Below are positions 20,366 to 27,980 of a DNA stretch of 35,634 nt, one piece after another; the stretch's first letter is position 1; every line of letters begins with the position of its first letter. Source of the stretch: Rhodoferax sp. UBA4127 (GTDB taxonomy: Bacteria; Pseudomonadota; Gammaproteobacteria; Burkholderiales; Burkholderiaceae_C); assembly GCA_002381045.1 (NCBI GenBank), contig DFWT01000068.1:6437-42070 (forward strand), in the 5' to 3' direction. A program made the position numbers and the translations under genes. The notes under the pieces were generated by a model, which ran no database searches, had not been told where the DNA came from, and worked only from the letters and a program-made list of their open reading frames with translations.

Positions 20366-21451
20366 GTGACGTCCAACAGTCTGATGAGTCCGGTGCTGTT
20401 GCACCTTTTGCCCTATGTGCCGGGGGAGCAACCCAAGGTTGCTGGTCTGGTCAAACTCAACACCAACGAAAACCCTTACCCGCCTTCACCCAAGGTGGTG
20501 GCGGCCATCACACATGCCGCTCAGCAAGGCTTGCAGTTGTACCCGGACCCTGAGAGCGCTCCTCTGCGCCAGGCCATTGCCAACCACCTTGGTTTGAACC
20601 CCTCGGAGGTGTTTTTGGGCAACGGGTCCGACGAGGTTTTAGCCCACGCGTTTTACGCGTTCTTTCAGCAAAATCTGCCTCTGCTGATGCCCGACATCAG
20701 CTACAGCTTTTACAAGGTCTATTGCCAGCTGTATGGCATTCCAGTCGAGACGGTGCCCTTGCGCGAAGACATGGGCCTGGAAGTTGGAGACTATGAGGGC
20801 AGGAATGCCGCTGATGTTGCCGGAGTGGTGATCGCCAACCCGAATGCCCCGACAGGCATCGGCTTGCCTTTGTCGAACATTGAGCGCCTGTTGCTGGCGC
20901 ACCCGAAACGTGTGGTGCTGGTGGATGAAGCCTATGTGGATTTTGGTGGGGAAAGTGCCGTGGCGCTGATTGGCCGGTATCCGAATTTGCTGGTGGTGCA
21001 CACCCTGTCCAAGTCGCGTTCCTTGGCCGGACTGCGCATTGGTTATGCCTGTGGCCAGGCGCATTTGATCGAGGCGCTGACGCGCGTCAAAAACAGCTTC
21101 AACTCCTACCCCCTGGACCGTTTGGCGATTGCGGGAGGTGTGGTAGCCTTTGAAGAACAGACCTACTTTGAGCACACTCGTCAGGCGGTGATGAGCAGCC
21201 GGGAAGGGCTGGTGCTCTCGCTTGAGGACCTGGGGTTTAAGGTGTTGCCCAGCCAAGCCAATTTTGTCTTTGCCAAGCATCCGGCACATGACGCAGCATG
21301 GCTGGCCGGCGCGCTGCGCGACCGCGGTGTGTTGGTTCGGCATTTCAAACAAGCCCGGATTGACAACTACCTGCGCATCAGTGTGGGTACGCCGGCGCAG
21401 TGTGACCAACTCATCAGTGCGATAGCCGCTGTGTTGGCCGAGCCAGCTTGA
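20366..21451 (+). CDS. hisC: Histidinol-phosphate aminotransferase-type PLP enzyme (start GTG 20366 or ATG 20384)
   Basis: [47 protein letters not shown]. Confidence 0.85.
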   Translation: MTSNSLMSPVLLHLLPYVPGEQPKVAGLVKLNTNENPYPPSPKVVAAITHAAQQGLQLYPDPESAPLRQAIANHLGLNPSEVFLGNGSDEVLAHAFYAFFQQNLPLLMPDISYSFYKVYCQLYGIPVETVPLREDMGLEVGDYEGRNAADVAGVVIANPNAPTGIGLPLSNIERLLLAHPKRVVLVDEAYVDFGGESAVALIGRYPNLLVVHTLSKSRSLAGLRIGYACGQAHLIEALTRVKNSFNSYPLDRLAIAGGVVAFEEQTYFEHTRQAVMSSREGLVLSLEDLGFKVLPSQANFVFAKHPAHDAAWLAGALRDRGVLVRHFKQARIDNYLRISVGTPAQCDQLISAIAAVLAEPA

Positions 21452-21460
21452 TTTAACCCA

Positions 21461-22378
21461 TTAATAGCGCCGAATCGATTTCAGTTCGGCGTATAAATCG
21501 CTATAAATTTGATATCTGTTCTCGCTTATTTCACAAGGGCAAGGAGCCGATTTAACCTGAGATAACACGCCACAACCAGGCTCATGCAAATGGCTGCAGT
21601 TATAAAACTTACAGTTCGCCACATGCGGTTTGAAATCCGGCATGTAGGCCGCCAGCTGCGCCGGGTCAATGTGGTTCAGACCAAACTCCTGAAACCCCGG
21701 CGAATCGATCAAAGCCGTGGCCTTTTCTGCATCGACCCAATACCAAGTGGTGCTGGTGGTGGTGTGTTTGCCGCTGTTCAGTGCTTGTGACAAGATGCCG
21801 GTTTGTACGGTGGCGTTGGGCACCAGGCAGTTGATCAAGGTGCTTTTTCCTGCGCCTGAGGGGCCCAGCACCAGCGTGGTTTTGGACCTCAGTCGCTCGG
21901 CCAGCAAATCGCGGCTCGCCGGCAGGTTTTTCAGCGACAAGGGGATCACGTCATAACCCATGTGGCGGTAGGGTTCCAGCCAGGACCAGGCCCGCGCAAA
22001 CGGCACGGCCAGGTCGCTTTTGTTCAACGCAATCAGTGGCGTTATGTGCTGCTCTTCGGCCGCGATTAAGGCCCGCGAGAGTTGGCTGCTGGAAAATTCG
22101 GGTTCGGCCGCGATAAGAATCAGCACCTGATCCAGGTTGGCGGCAAATGACTTGGTGCGCACCTCGTCCTGCCGATAAAACAGGTTGCGCCGTGGCTCAA
22201 TTTTTTCGATGGTCCCTTCGTCCTTGGAGGCCAACCATTGAACCCGGTCACCCACCACCCCCAGACTTTTTTTGCCGCGCGAGTGGCAGATCACCCGTTG
22301 ACCGGCGACCCCTTCGACCAAAAAATGCCGCCCGTAATTGGCGACGATCAAACCCGAAACAGAGCCTGGTGGTGTCAT
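21461..22378 (-). CDS. rsgA: Ribosome small subunit-dependent GTPase A (start probably ATG 22378)
   Basis: NKSD, GPSGAGKST, GKHTT, DSPG, CKFYNCSHLHEPGC zinc finger. Confidence 0.96.
   Translation of the reverse strand: MTPPGSVSGLIVANYGRHFLVEGVAGQRVICHSRGKKSLGVVGDRVQWLASKDEGTIEKIEPRRNLFYRQDEVRTKSFAANLDQVLILIAAEPEFSSSQLSRALIAAEEQHITPLIALNKSDLAVPFARAWSWLEPYRHMGYDVIPLSLKNLPASRDLLAERLRSKTTLVLGPSGAGKSTLINCLVPNATVQTGILSQALNSGKHTTTSTTWYWVDAEKATALIDSPGFQEFGLNHIDPAQLAAYMPDFKPHVANCKFYNCSHLHEPGCGVLSQVKSAPCPCEISENRYQIYSDLYAELKSIRRY
21500..21544 (+). repeat. Dispersed 45-bp motif, copy R3 (in-frame within rsgA 3' end)
   Basis: GCTATAAATTTGATATC TGTTCTCGC TTATTTCACA AGGGCAAGG. Confidence 0.75.
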
Positions 22379-22379
22379 G

Positions 22380-22703
22380 TCAACTTGGCTGGCTGCCAGG
22401 CAAGGCATCTACCGCGGCCGCGCAGTCAAGGTCCAAGCGCGAGAGCCCAGCGACATCATGGGTGCGCCATTGCACCCGACAGCTCTTGAACTGCACCCGT
22501 AAATCCGGGTGGTGATTGCGGGCCTGGGACAACCAGGCCACCGCGTTAACAAACGCCATGGTCTGGGCGTAGCTGTCAAAAGGGTAGGCCTTTTCAATGG
22601 CGACATCGGGACCGTCACCGCACAGTGTCCAGCCGTCGAGCTTGGCCAAACATGCTACTACTTCAGTAGCTGTTAGCGCTCTATTTGTATGGGCTGGAGG
22701 CAT
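22380..22703 (-). CDS. Pterin-4-alpha-carbinolamine dehydratase (PhhB family)
   Basis: GW, F-x-x-Y...FVNAVA, NHHPDL, THDVAGLSxLD. Confidence 0.93.
   Translation of the reverse strand: MPPAHTNRALTATEVVACLAKLDGWTLCGDGPDVAIEKAYPFDSYAQTMAFVNAVAWLSQARNHHPDLRVQFKSCRVQWRTHDVAGLSRLDLDCAAAVDALPGSQPS
22654..22698 (+). repeat. Dispersed 45-bp motif, copy R4 (encodes the PCD N-terminus)
   Basis: GCTACTACTTCAGTAGC TGTTAGCGC TCTATTTGTA TGGGCTGGA. Confidence 0.82.
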
Positions 22704-22726
22704 AAATATTTAAAAACTTTGGTGCG

Positions 22727-24016
22727 TTAAGCAATTGCCGCAACAGCGCGGTGAATACGAGCCAAACGCTCGGATGCGCCAGGATGCGAATAGTAAAAAC
22801 GCACGTACACTGGGTCAGGTGTCAATGTGGACGCATTGTCTTCAAACAGCTTCAGCAGGGCGCTGGAAAGGTCCTGTGCGCTGGTTTGCTGCACCGCGTA
22901 GGCGTCTGCCTCAAACTCGTGTTTGCGCGACAGCTGGGCAAACAAAGGTCCCACAAAAAAGCTGAATACCGGCAGGGCCTGCATGAACAGCAGCAAAGCC
23001 AGCGCGTCGTTGGCACCCATCAGGTTGGGCTGTACCCCCAGGCCGGTGTAAAACCAACTTTGCTGCGCCAAAAAGCCAAGCAAGCCAAAGCCCACCAGAC
23101 TCATGGCAAACATCGACACGATGCGTTTCACGATGTGTTTGTGCTTGAAATGCCCGAGCTCGTGTGCCAGTACCGCGTCCACCTCGCCGGCGCTCAGTCT
23201 GGCCAGCAAGGTGTCGTAAAACACCACCCGCTTGGCCGCGCCAAAGCCGGTGAAATAGGCATTGGCATGCGCACTGCGCTTGCTGCCGTCCATCACAAAC
23301 AAGCCCTTGGCCGCAAAACCGCAGCGCTGCATCAAGCTAGTGACGCGCGCTCTCAGCGCCTCGTCTTCCAGTGGCACAAACTTGTTGAAGAGCGGTGCGA
23401 TAAGTGTTGGGAAAATCACCAACAGCAGCAGGTTAAAGCCCATCCAGAACAGCCAGGCCCATAGCCACCACAAACCACCGGTGGAAGCCATCACCCACAA
23501 AATGAAAGCGGCAATCGGCAGCCCGATGACCGCACCTATCGCACTGCCTTTGAGCATGTCCACCACCCAGAGCTTGAGTGTGGTTTTGTTGAAGCCAAAG
23601 CGCTCTTCGAGTACAAAGGTCTGGTACCAGGACATGGGCAGGTCGATCACGCCGCTGATCACCACAAAGGCCACCAGCAACGCCAACTGTTGCGTCATGC
23701 CGGCCCCCAATGCTTGCGTCAAGGCGTCGTTAACCAACGACAGGCCGCCCAGCAGCGTCCAGCCCAGCAGCACAGCGGTACTCAGTGCCATTTCCAGCAT
23801 GCCCAGGCGCGCCTTGGCCACGGTGTAGTCGGCGGCTTTTTGATGTGCCTCCAGAGATATGGCCTGCGCAAACGCCGTGGGCACGGCATTGCGGTGCTGC
23901 GCCACATGACGAACCTGGCGCGATGCCAGCCAGAACTTTGTCAGCAGACTTGCCACTAAAGCGATTGCGAACAAACTGGTGAACAACAGGGAAGGGGAGG
24001 TCAAAGACTCGGGCAT
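22727..24016 (-). CDS. M48 (Ste24-like) membrane zinc metallopeptidase (start ATG 24016)
   Basis: DGSKRS, NAYFTG, HELGH, SRKHEFEAD, YSHP; multiple TM segments. Confidence 0.94.
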   Translation of the reverse strand: MPESLTSPSLLFTSLFAIALVASLLTKFWLASRQVRHVAQHRNAVPTAFAQAISLEAHQKAADYTVAKARLGMLEMALSTAVLLGWTLLGGLSLVNDALTQALGAGMTQQLALLVAFVVISGVIDLPMSWYQTFVLEERFGFNKTTLKLWVVDMLKGSAIGAVIGLPIAAFILWVMASTGGLWWLWAWLFWMGFNLLLLVIFPTLIAPLFNKFVPLEDEALRARVTSLMQRCGFAAKGLFVMDGSKRSAHANAYFTGFGAAKRVVFYDTLLARLSAGEVDAVLAHELGHFKHKHIVKRIVSMFAMSLVGFGLLGFLAQQSWFYTGLGVQPNLMGANDALALLLFMQALPVFSFFVGPLFAQLSRKHEFEADAYAVQQTSAQDLSSALLKLFEDNASTLTPDPVYVRFYYSHPGASERLARIHRAVAAIA

Positions 24017-24053
24017 AGCCGCGCAGTTTAGGTGATCAGCGACAATTTGGAGG

Positions 24054-24641
24054 ATGAAACCTGCTGACACCCCCACTGCACCTGCGCCGCTTGCGAAGTC
24101 CGATCAAAACCTGGTTTGGCTCGATTGCGAAATGACCGGCTTGGACCCTGAGCATGATCGCATCATTGAAATTGCGGTGATCGTCACCGACGCCCACCTC
24201 ATCCAACGCCTGGAAGGCCCGGTGCTGGTGATTCATCAAACAGATGCCCTGCTGGACGGCATGGACAAATGGAACAAGGGCACGCATGGCAAAAGCGGCC
24301 TCATTGACAAAGTCAAGGCATCCAGCACCTCGGAAGAAGAGGCCGAGAAAGCCTTGCTCCATTTCCTGGCCAAGTACGTACCCAAGAGCGGTTCGCCTTT
24401 GTGTGGCAACACCATCGGCCAAGACAGGCGCTTTCTCGCCAAATACATGCCCAAACTCGAGGCTTTTTTTCACTACCGAAATTTGGATGTCAGCACCTTG
24501 AAGGAGCTTGCAAAACGCTGGGCGCCAGAGGTGCACAAGAGTTTTAGAAAGAAGCAGCGCCACACCGCGCTGGCCGATGTACACGAGTCGATTGACGAGC
24601 TGGAACATTACCGCACGCACTTGTTGAAACTGCCGGATTAG
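24054..24641 (+). CDS. orn: Oligoribonuclease
   Basis: [42 protein letters not shown]. Confidence 0.98.
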   Translation: MKPADTPTAPAPLAKSDQNLVWLDCEMTGLDPEHDRIIEIAVIVTDAHLIQRLEGPVLVIHQTDALLDGMDKWNKGTHGKSGLIDKVKASSTSEEEAEKALLHFLAKYVPKSGSPLCGNTIGQDRRFLAKYMPKLEAFFHYRNLDVSTLKELAKRWAPEVHKSFRKKQRHTALADVHESIDELEHYRTHLLKLPD

Positions 24642-24880
24642 GTAGAAACCCGAATCTGTGCCATAATCGCAGGCTTCGCGGCAAACTGCTGCAACTTTGC
24701 ACATCTCCCAACATTCACCGGGTCTCGCGTCAAGTCAAACGACTTGTCTAGAAAAAGACCCCTGGCGCTGAATACCTCACCTGAGTGAGCCAGAGCCGGT
24801 TCCGTTTGATGGTTGATGTTTTTTAACCATCCACGGAGCCACCGCACAACTTGTGGTGCTCGTGTATTTGAGGATTTCTC

Positions 24881-26779
24881 ATGACCGACGCTACTTTAGC
24901 GGCGGGCGACTTGTCGTCTGCCGAAAACTTTTCTTCTGACATCAACCTGCTTCCTTTGGACGCTGCTGAGGCGGTTTCCACCGAGCTTGCAGAGCCTGTG
25001 ATTGATGACACTCCCAATGGCTTTATTGCTTTGGGACTAGCACCCGAATTGATTCTGGCGGTGAAAGACCTGGGCTTCACCCAGCCAACCATCGTTCAAA
25101 ACAAAACCATTCCGCTGGCCATGCAAGGCCTGAGCGACGACGGCAAAGGGGCGCGTTTCGTTGACCTGATGGTGTCCAGCCAAACTGGCAGTGGCAAGAC
25201 AGCAGCGTTCTTGTTGCCGGTGCTGCACACCTTGCTCAAACAGCAAGAAGCTGCCGAAGCCAAATCCCGTGCCGACTACGAGCAAGCTGTGGCAGAAGCT
25301 GCCGCCAAAGGCGAACCTGCCCCCAAGCGCGCCAAGCGCAAAGATCCGACCAACCCGCGTCACTTTTCAGCGCCAACACCCGGCGCCCTGATTGTTTGCC
25401 CCACTCGTGAGCTGGCACAGCAGGTGGCGCATGACGCCATCGACCTGGTGCAGCATTGCCGTGGTCTGCGCATCGCCAACATCGTGGGTGGCATGCCCTA
25501 CCAGTTGCAAATTGCCAAGTTGCAAAACGCCAATTTGGTGGTGGCCACGCCAGGCCGTCTATTGGACTTGCAACGCTCGATGCAAATCAAGCTGGACCAG
25601 GTGCAGTTTTTGGTGGTGGACGAAGCTGACCGCATGCTTGACCTCGGCTTTGCCGACGACCTGGCCGAAATCAACCAGTTGACCATTGGCCGCAAACAAA
25701 CCATGATGTTCAGCGCCACCTTTGCGCCGCGCATTCAGCAGCTTGCTGCCCGTGTAATGCGCGAACCCCAGCGCATCACTATCGACAGTCCGCAAGAAAA
25801 ACATGCCAATATCAAGCAAGTGCTGTTTTGGGCGGACAACGCCCAGCACAAGCGCAAGCTGCTCGACCACTGGCTGCGCGACACCAGCATCAACCAGGCG
25901 ATTGTGTTTGCCAGCACCCAGATTGAGTGCGATGGTTTGGCTAATGACTTGCAGCAAGATGGCTTTGATGCGGTGGCTTTGCACGGTGCCTTGAGCCAGG
26001 GCTTGCGCAACCGCCGCTTGATGGCATTGCGCCAAGGACAAGTTCAAATTCTGGTGGCAACTGACGTAGCCGCCCGCGGTCTGGATGTGCCCACCATTAC
26101 CCACGTGTTCAACTTTGGCTTGCCCATGAAGGCCGAGGACTACACCCACCGCATTGGCCGCACCGGCCGCGCCGGGCGTGATGGTCTGGCCGTTACCTTT
26201 GCCGAGTTACGTGACCGTCGCAAGATTTTTGACATCGAAGCCTACAGCCGCCAGCCGATCAAGGCAGACGTGATCCCAGGATTGGAGCCCAAGCAGCGCA
26301 TTCCTGACGCACGCCCCAGTTTCGGTGGCCGTGACAACCTGGGTGGCGGCGACTTCCGTCCGCGTGACCGCAAGTTTGGCGGCGACAACCGTTCGGGCGG
26401 TGGCTTTGGTGCACCGCGTAACTTTGATGCCCCACGCGGATTTGATGCACCCCGCAATTTCGACGCACCTCGCAGCTTTGCAGACAGAAATGCCTCTGGC
26501 CCCCGTATCGTAGGTGCGGACAGCTATCAAAAACAAAGCGGTTTTGCAGGCCGTGACGAGCGCCAATTTGCGCCCCGTGAACCCGCCAGCTACGAGCGCA
26601 AGGGTGGCTTCAACGACCGCTTCGCGGGTGAGCGTCAAAACCGGGATTTCGCACCCCGCGCTGACTTTGCCCCGCGCAAGCCGGCATTTGGAAAACCTGC
26701 CTTCTCGAAACCAGCGGGTGGCGGCAAGGTGTTCGTGCCGCGTGACGCACAAAAGCGCTTCTCCAAGACCGACCGCTAA
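24881..26779 (+). CDS. DEAD-box RNA helicase with RG/F-rich low-complexity tail
   Basis: Q motif, QTGSGKT, PTRELA, TPGR, DEAD, SAT, ARGLD, HRIGRTGRAG; GAGGA RBS. Confidence 0.96.
   Translation: MTDATLAAGDLSSAENFSSDINLLPLDAAEAVSTELAEPVIDDTPNGFIALGLAPELILAVKDLGFTQPTIVQNKTIPLAMQGLSDDGKGARFVDLMVSSQTGSGKTAAFLLPVLHTLLKQQEAAEAKSRADYEQAVAEAAAKGEPAPKRAKRKDPTNPRHFSAPTPGALIVCPTRELAQQVAHDAIDLVQHCRGLRIANIVGGMPYQLQIAKLQNANLVVATPGRLLDLQRSMQIKLDQVQFLVVDEADRMLDLGFADDLAEINQLTIGRKQTMMFSATFAPRIQQLAARVMREPQRITIDSPQEKHANIKQVLFWADNAQHKRKLLDHWLRDTSINQAIVFASTQIECDGLANDLQQDGFDAVALHGALSQGLRNRRLMALRQGQVQILVATDVAARGLDVPTITHVFNFGLPMKAEDYTHRIGRTGRAGRDGLAVTFAELRDRRKIFDIEAYSRQPIKADVIPGLEPKQRIPDARPSFGGRDNLGGGDFRPRDRKFGGDNRSGGGFGAPRNFDAPRGFDAPRNFDAPRSFADRNASGPRIVGADSYQKQSGFAGRDERQFAPREPASYERKGGFNDRFAGERQNRDFAPRADFAPRKPAFGKPAFSKPAGGGKVFVPRDAQKRFSKTDR
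26405..26476 (+). repeat. Four imperfect 18-bp tandem units encoding F(G/D)APRx
   Basis: tttggtgcaccgcgtaac tttgatgccccacgcgga tttgatgcaccccgcaat ttcgacgcacctcgcagc. Confidence 0.85.
26495..26539 (-). repeat. Dispersed 45-bp motif, copy R5 (in-frame within DEAD helicase tail)
   Basis: Minus strand: GCTTTGTTTTTGATAGC TGTCCGCAC CTACGATACG GGGGCCAGA, followed by GGCATTT. Confidence 0.78.
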
Positions 26780-26793
26780 AACAACACGACTGA

Positions 26794-26832
26794 CAAAAGC
26801 CCGCAAACCTCAGGTCTGCGGGCTTTTGTTTT
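26794..26832 (+). terminator. Rho-independent terminator after the DEAD helicase
   Basis: CAAAAGCCCGCA / TGCGGGCTTTTG stem followed by T-rich tail. Confidence 0.88.
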
Positions 26833-27103
26833 GCTTGTTCTACATCAAGTTGGGGTGTGTCGCCATTGCTTAAGATTTGTGCTCTTCGCATCAAAATAAT
26901 TAAGCGCGTGGAAAGTCCGTTTGCTTTGGATATTTGTCGTTTTTTGCTATTGAGCACGGGCAAAAATCGTTCACGTCAGGGCAAAAAGTTGGTTGCTACG
27001 ACTGCCACAACGGGCCGAATGGGGGTTAACGTCAATCACTGACAGGTTGATCGGCCGGGCAAACCTGATTGACCGCAGTGCTGAATGTGCAAATGGGGCT
27101 GAG

Positions 27104-27913
27104 ATGGAATTGCATTCATCCGTAGCAAAACACAGGAAGTCACCCTTGGCGATCGTTGTCAGGGTGGGTATTGCCATTCTGGTCATCGAGTTTGGCATCA
27201 TGCTGCTTATTGAGGGCGCTTTGCTGCCTCTCTATCGTGACAGTGTGGCACCTGTTTTTTGGCAGTTTGTCGACCCCGTTTTGTTGGCCGTTTTGCTGGC
27301 ACCCGTGCTCTACTTTTGGGTTCTTCGTCCCATGCGGGAGGCCGAATCCAAGATTCTTAGCCTGGCCTTTTATGACCCGCTCACCCACTTGCCCAATCGG
27401 CGCTTGTTCAATGACCGGCTGACACAGGCCATGGCCGAAACCAAACGAACCAAAATATTTGGGGCGCTGATGTTTCTCGATCTGGACAATTTCAAAGCGC
27501 TGAACGATACACATGGCCATGCGATGGGCGATATGCTGCTGCGGCAGGTGGCCAAGCGGCTGAAAGAAAACATGCGTGAGATGGATTCCATCGCCCGTTT
27601 CGGGGGTGATGAGTTTGTGGTGTTGGTCAGGGATTTAAGCGCAGACCGCGCCACATCGACGGCACAGGTCGGTGTTCTCGCCGAAAAGATTCGTGCCAGC
27701 CTGGCAAAGCCCTATCTGCTAACTGCCCAGCACCCCGGCCAGCCGGACGTGGTGGTGGAGCACCGATGTTCGGCCAGCATTGGTGTGGTGGTTTTTATCA
27801 AGCAAGAAGCTGATGAGTCAGACCTGCTGAAATGGGCCGATGCGGCGATGTACCAGGCCAAAAGCGCGGGGCGCGATGCGATCCGGTTTTATCAGGGGCA
27901 GACCGCCGCTTGA
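27104..27913 (+). CDS. Membrane-anchored diguanylate cyclase (2 TM + GGDEF); start probably ATG 27104
   Basis: DPLTHLPNRR, DLDNFKxxND, RFGGDEF, ADxAMY; I-site REMD five residues before GGDEF. Confidence 0.93.
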   Translation: MELHSSVAKHRKSPLAIVVRVGIAILVIEFGIMLLIEGALLPLYRDSVAPVFWQFVDPVLLAVLLAPVLYFWVLRPMREAESKILSLAFYDPLTHLPNRRLFNDRLTQAMAETKRTKIFGALMFLDLDNFKALNDTHGHAMGDMLLRQVAKRLKENMREMDSIARFGGDEFVVLVRDLSADRATSTAQVGVLAEKIRASLAKPYLLTAQHPGQPDVVVEHRCSASIGVVVFIKQEADESDLLKWADAAMYQAKSAGRDAIRFYQGQTAA

Positions 27914-27980
27914 CGGTTTGCCTGTGAACTGCGCACAGCCTGCGGCTGTTCTTGCTCTAGACCGAGTCAATTTCCTTGCG

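Noticed and set aside
19346-21451. CbiB-like gene next to a HisC-like aminotransferase read as a cobamide-salvage pair
   Set aside because: The aminotransferase has typical HisC-type motifs ([16 protein letters not shown]), the membrane protein looks AmpE-like, and there are no other cob genes or B12 riboswitch in the window.
26405-26476. Tandem repeats as a CRISPR-like array
   Set aside because: In-frame 18-bp coding units with no spacers and no cas genes.
26950-27100. Possible c-di-GMP-I riboswitch upstream of the GGDEF gene (GGCAAA motifs)
   Set aside because: No GNRA-capped stem followed by GACGCAAAG and no recognisable second stem.
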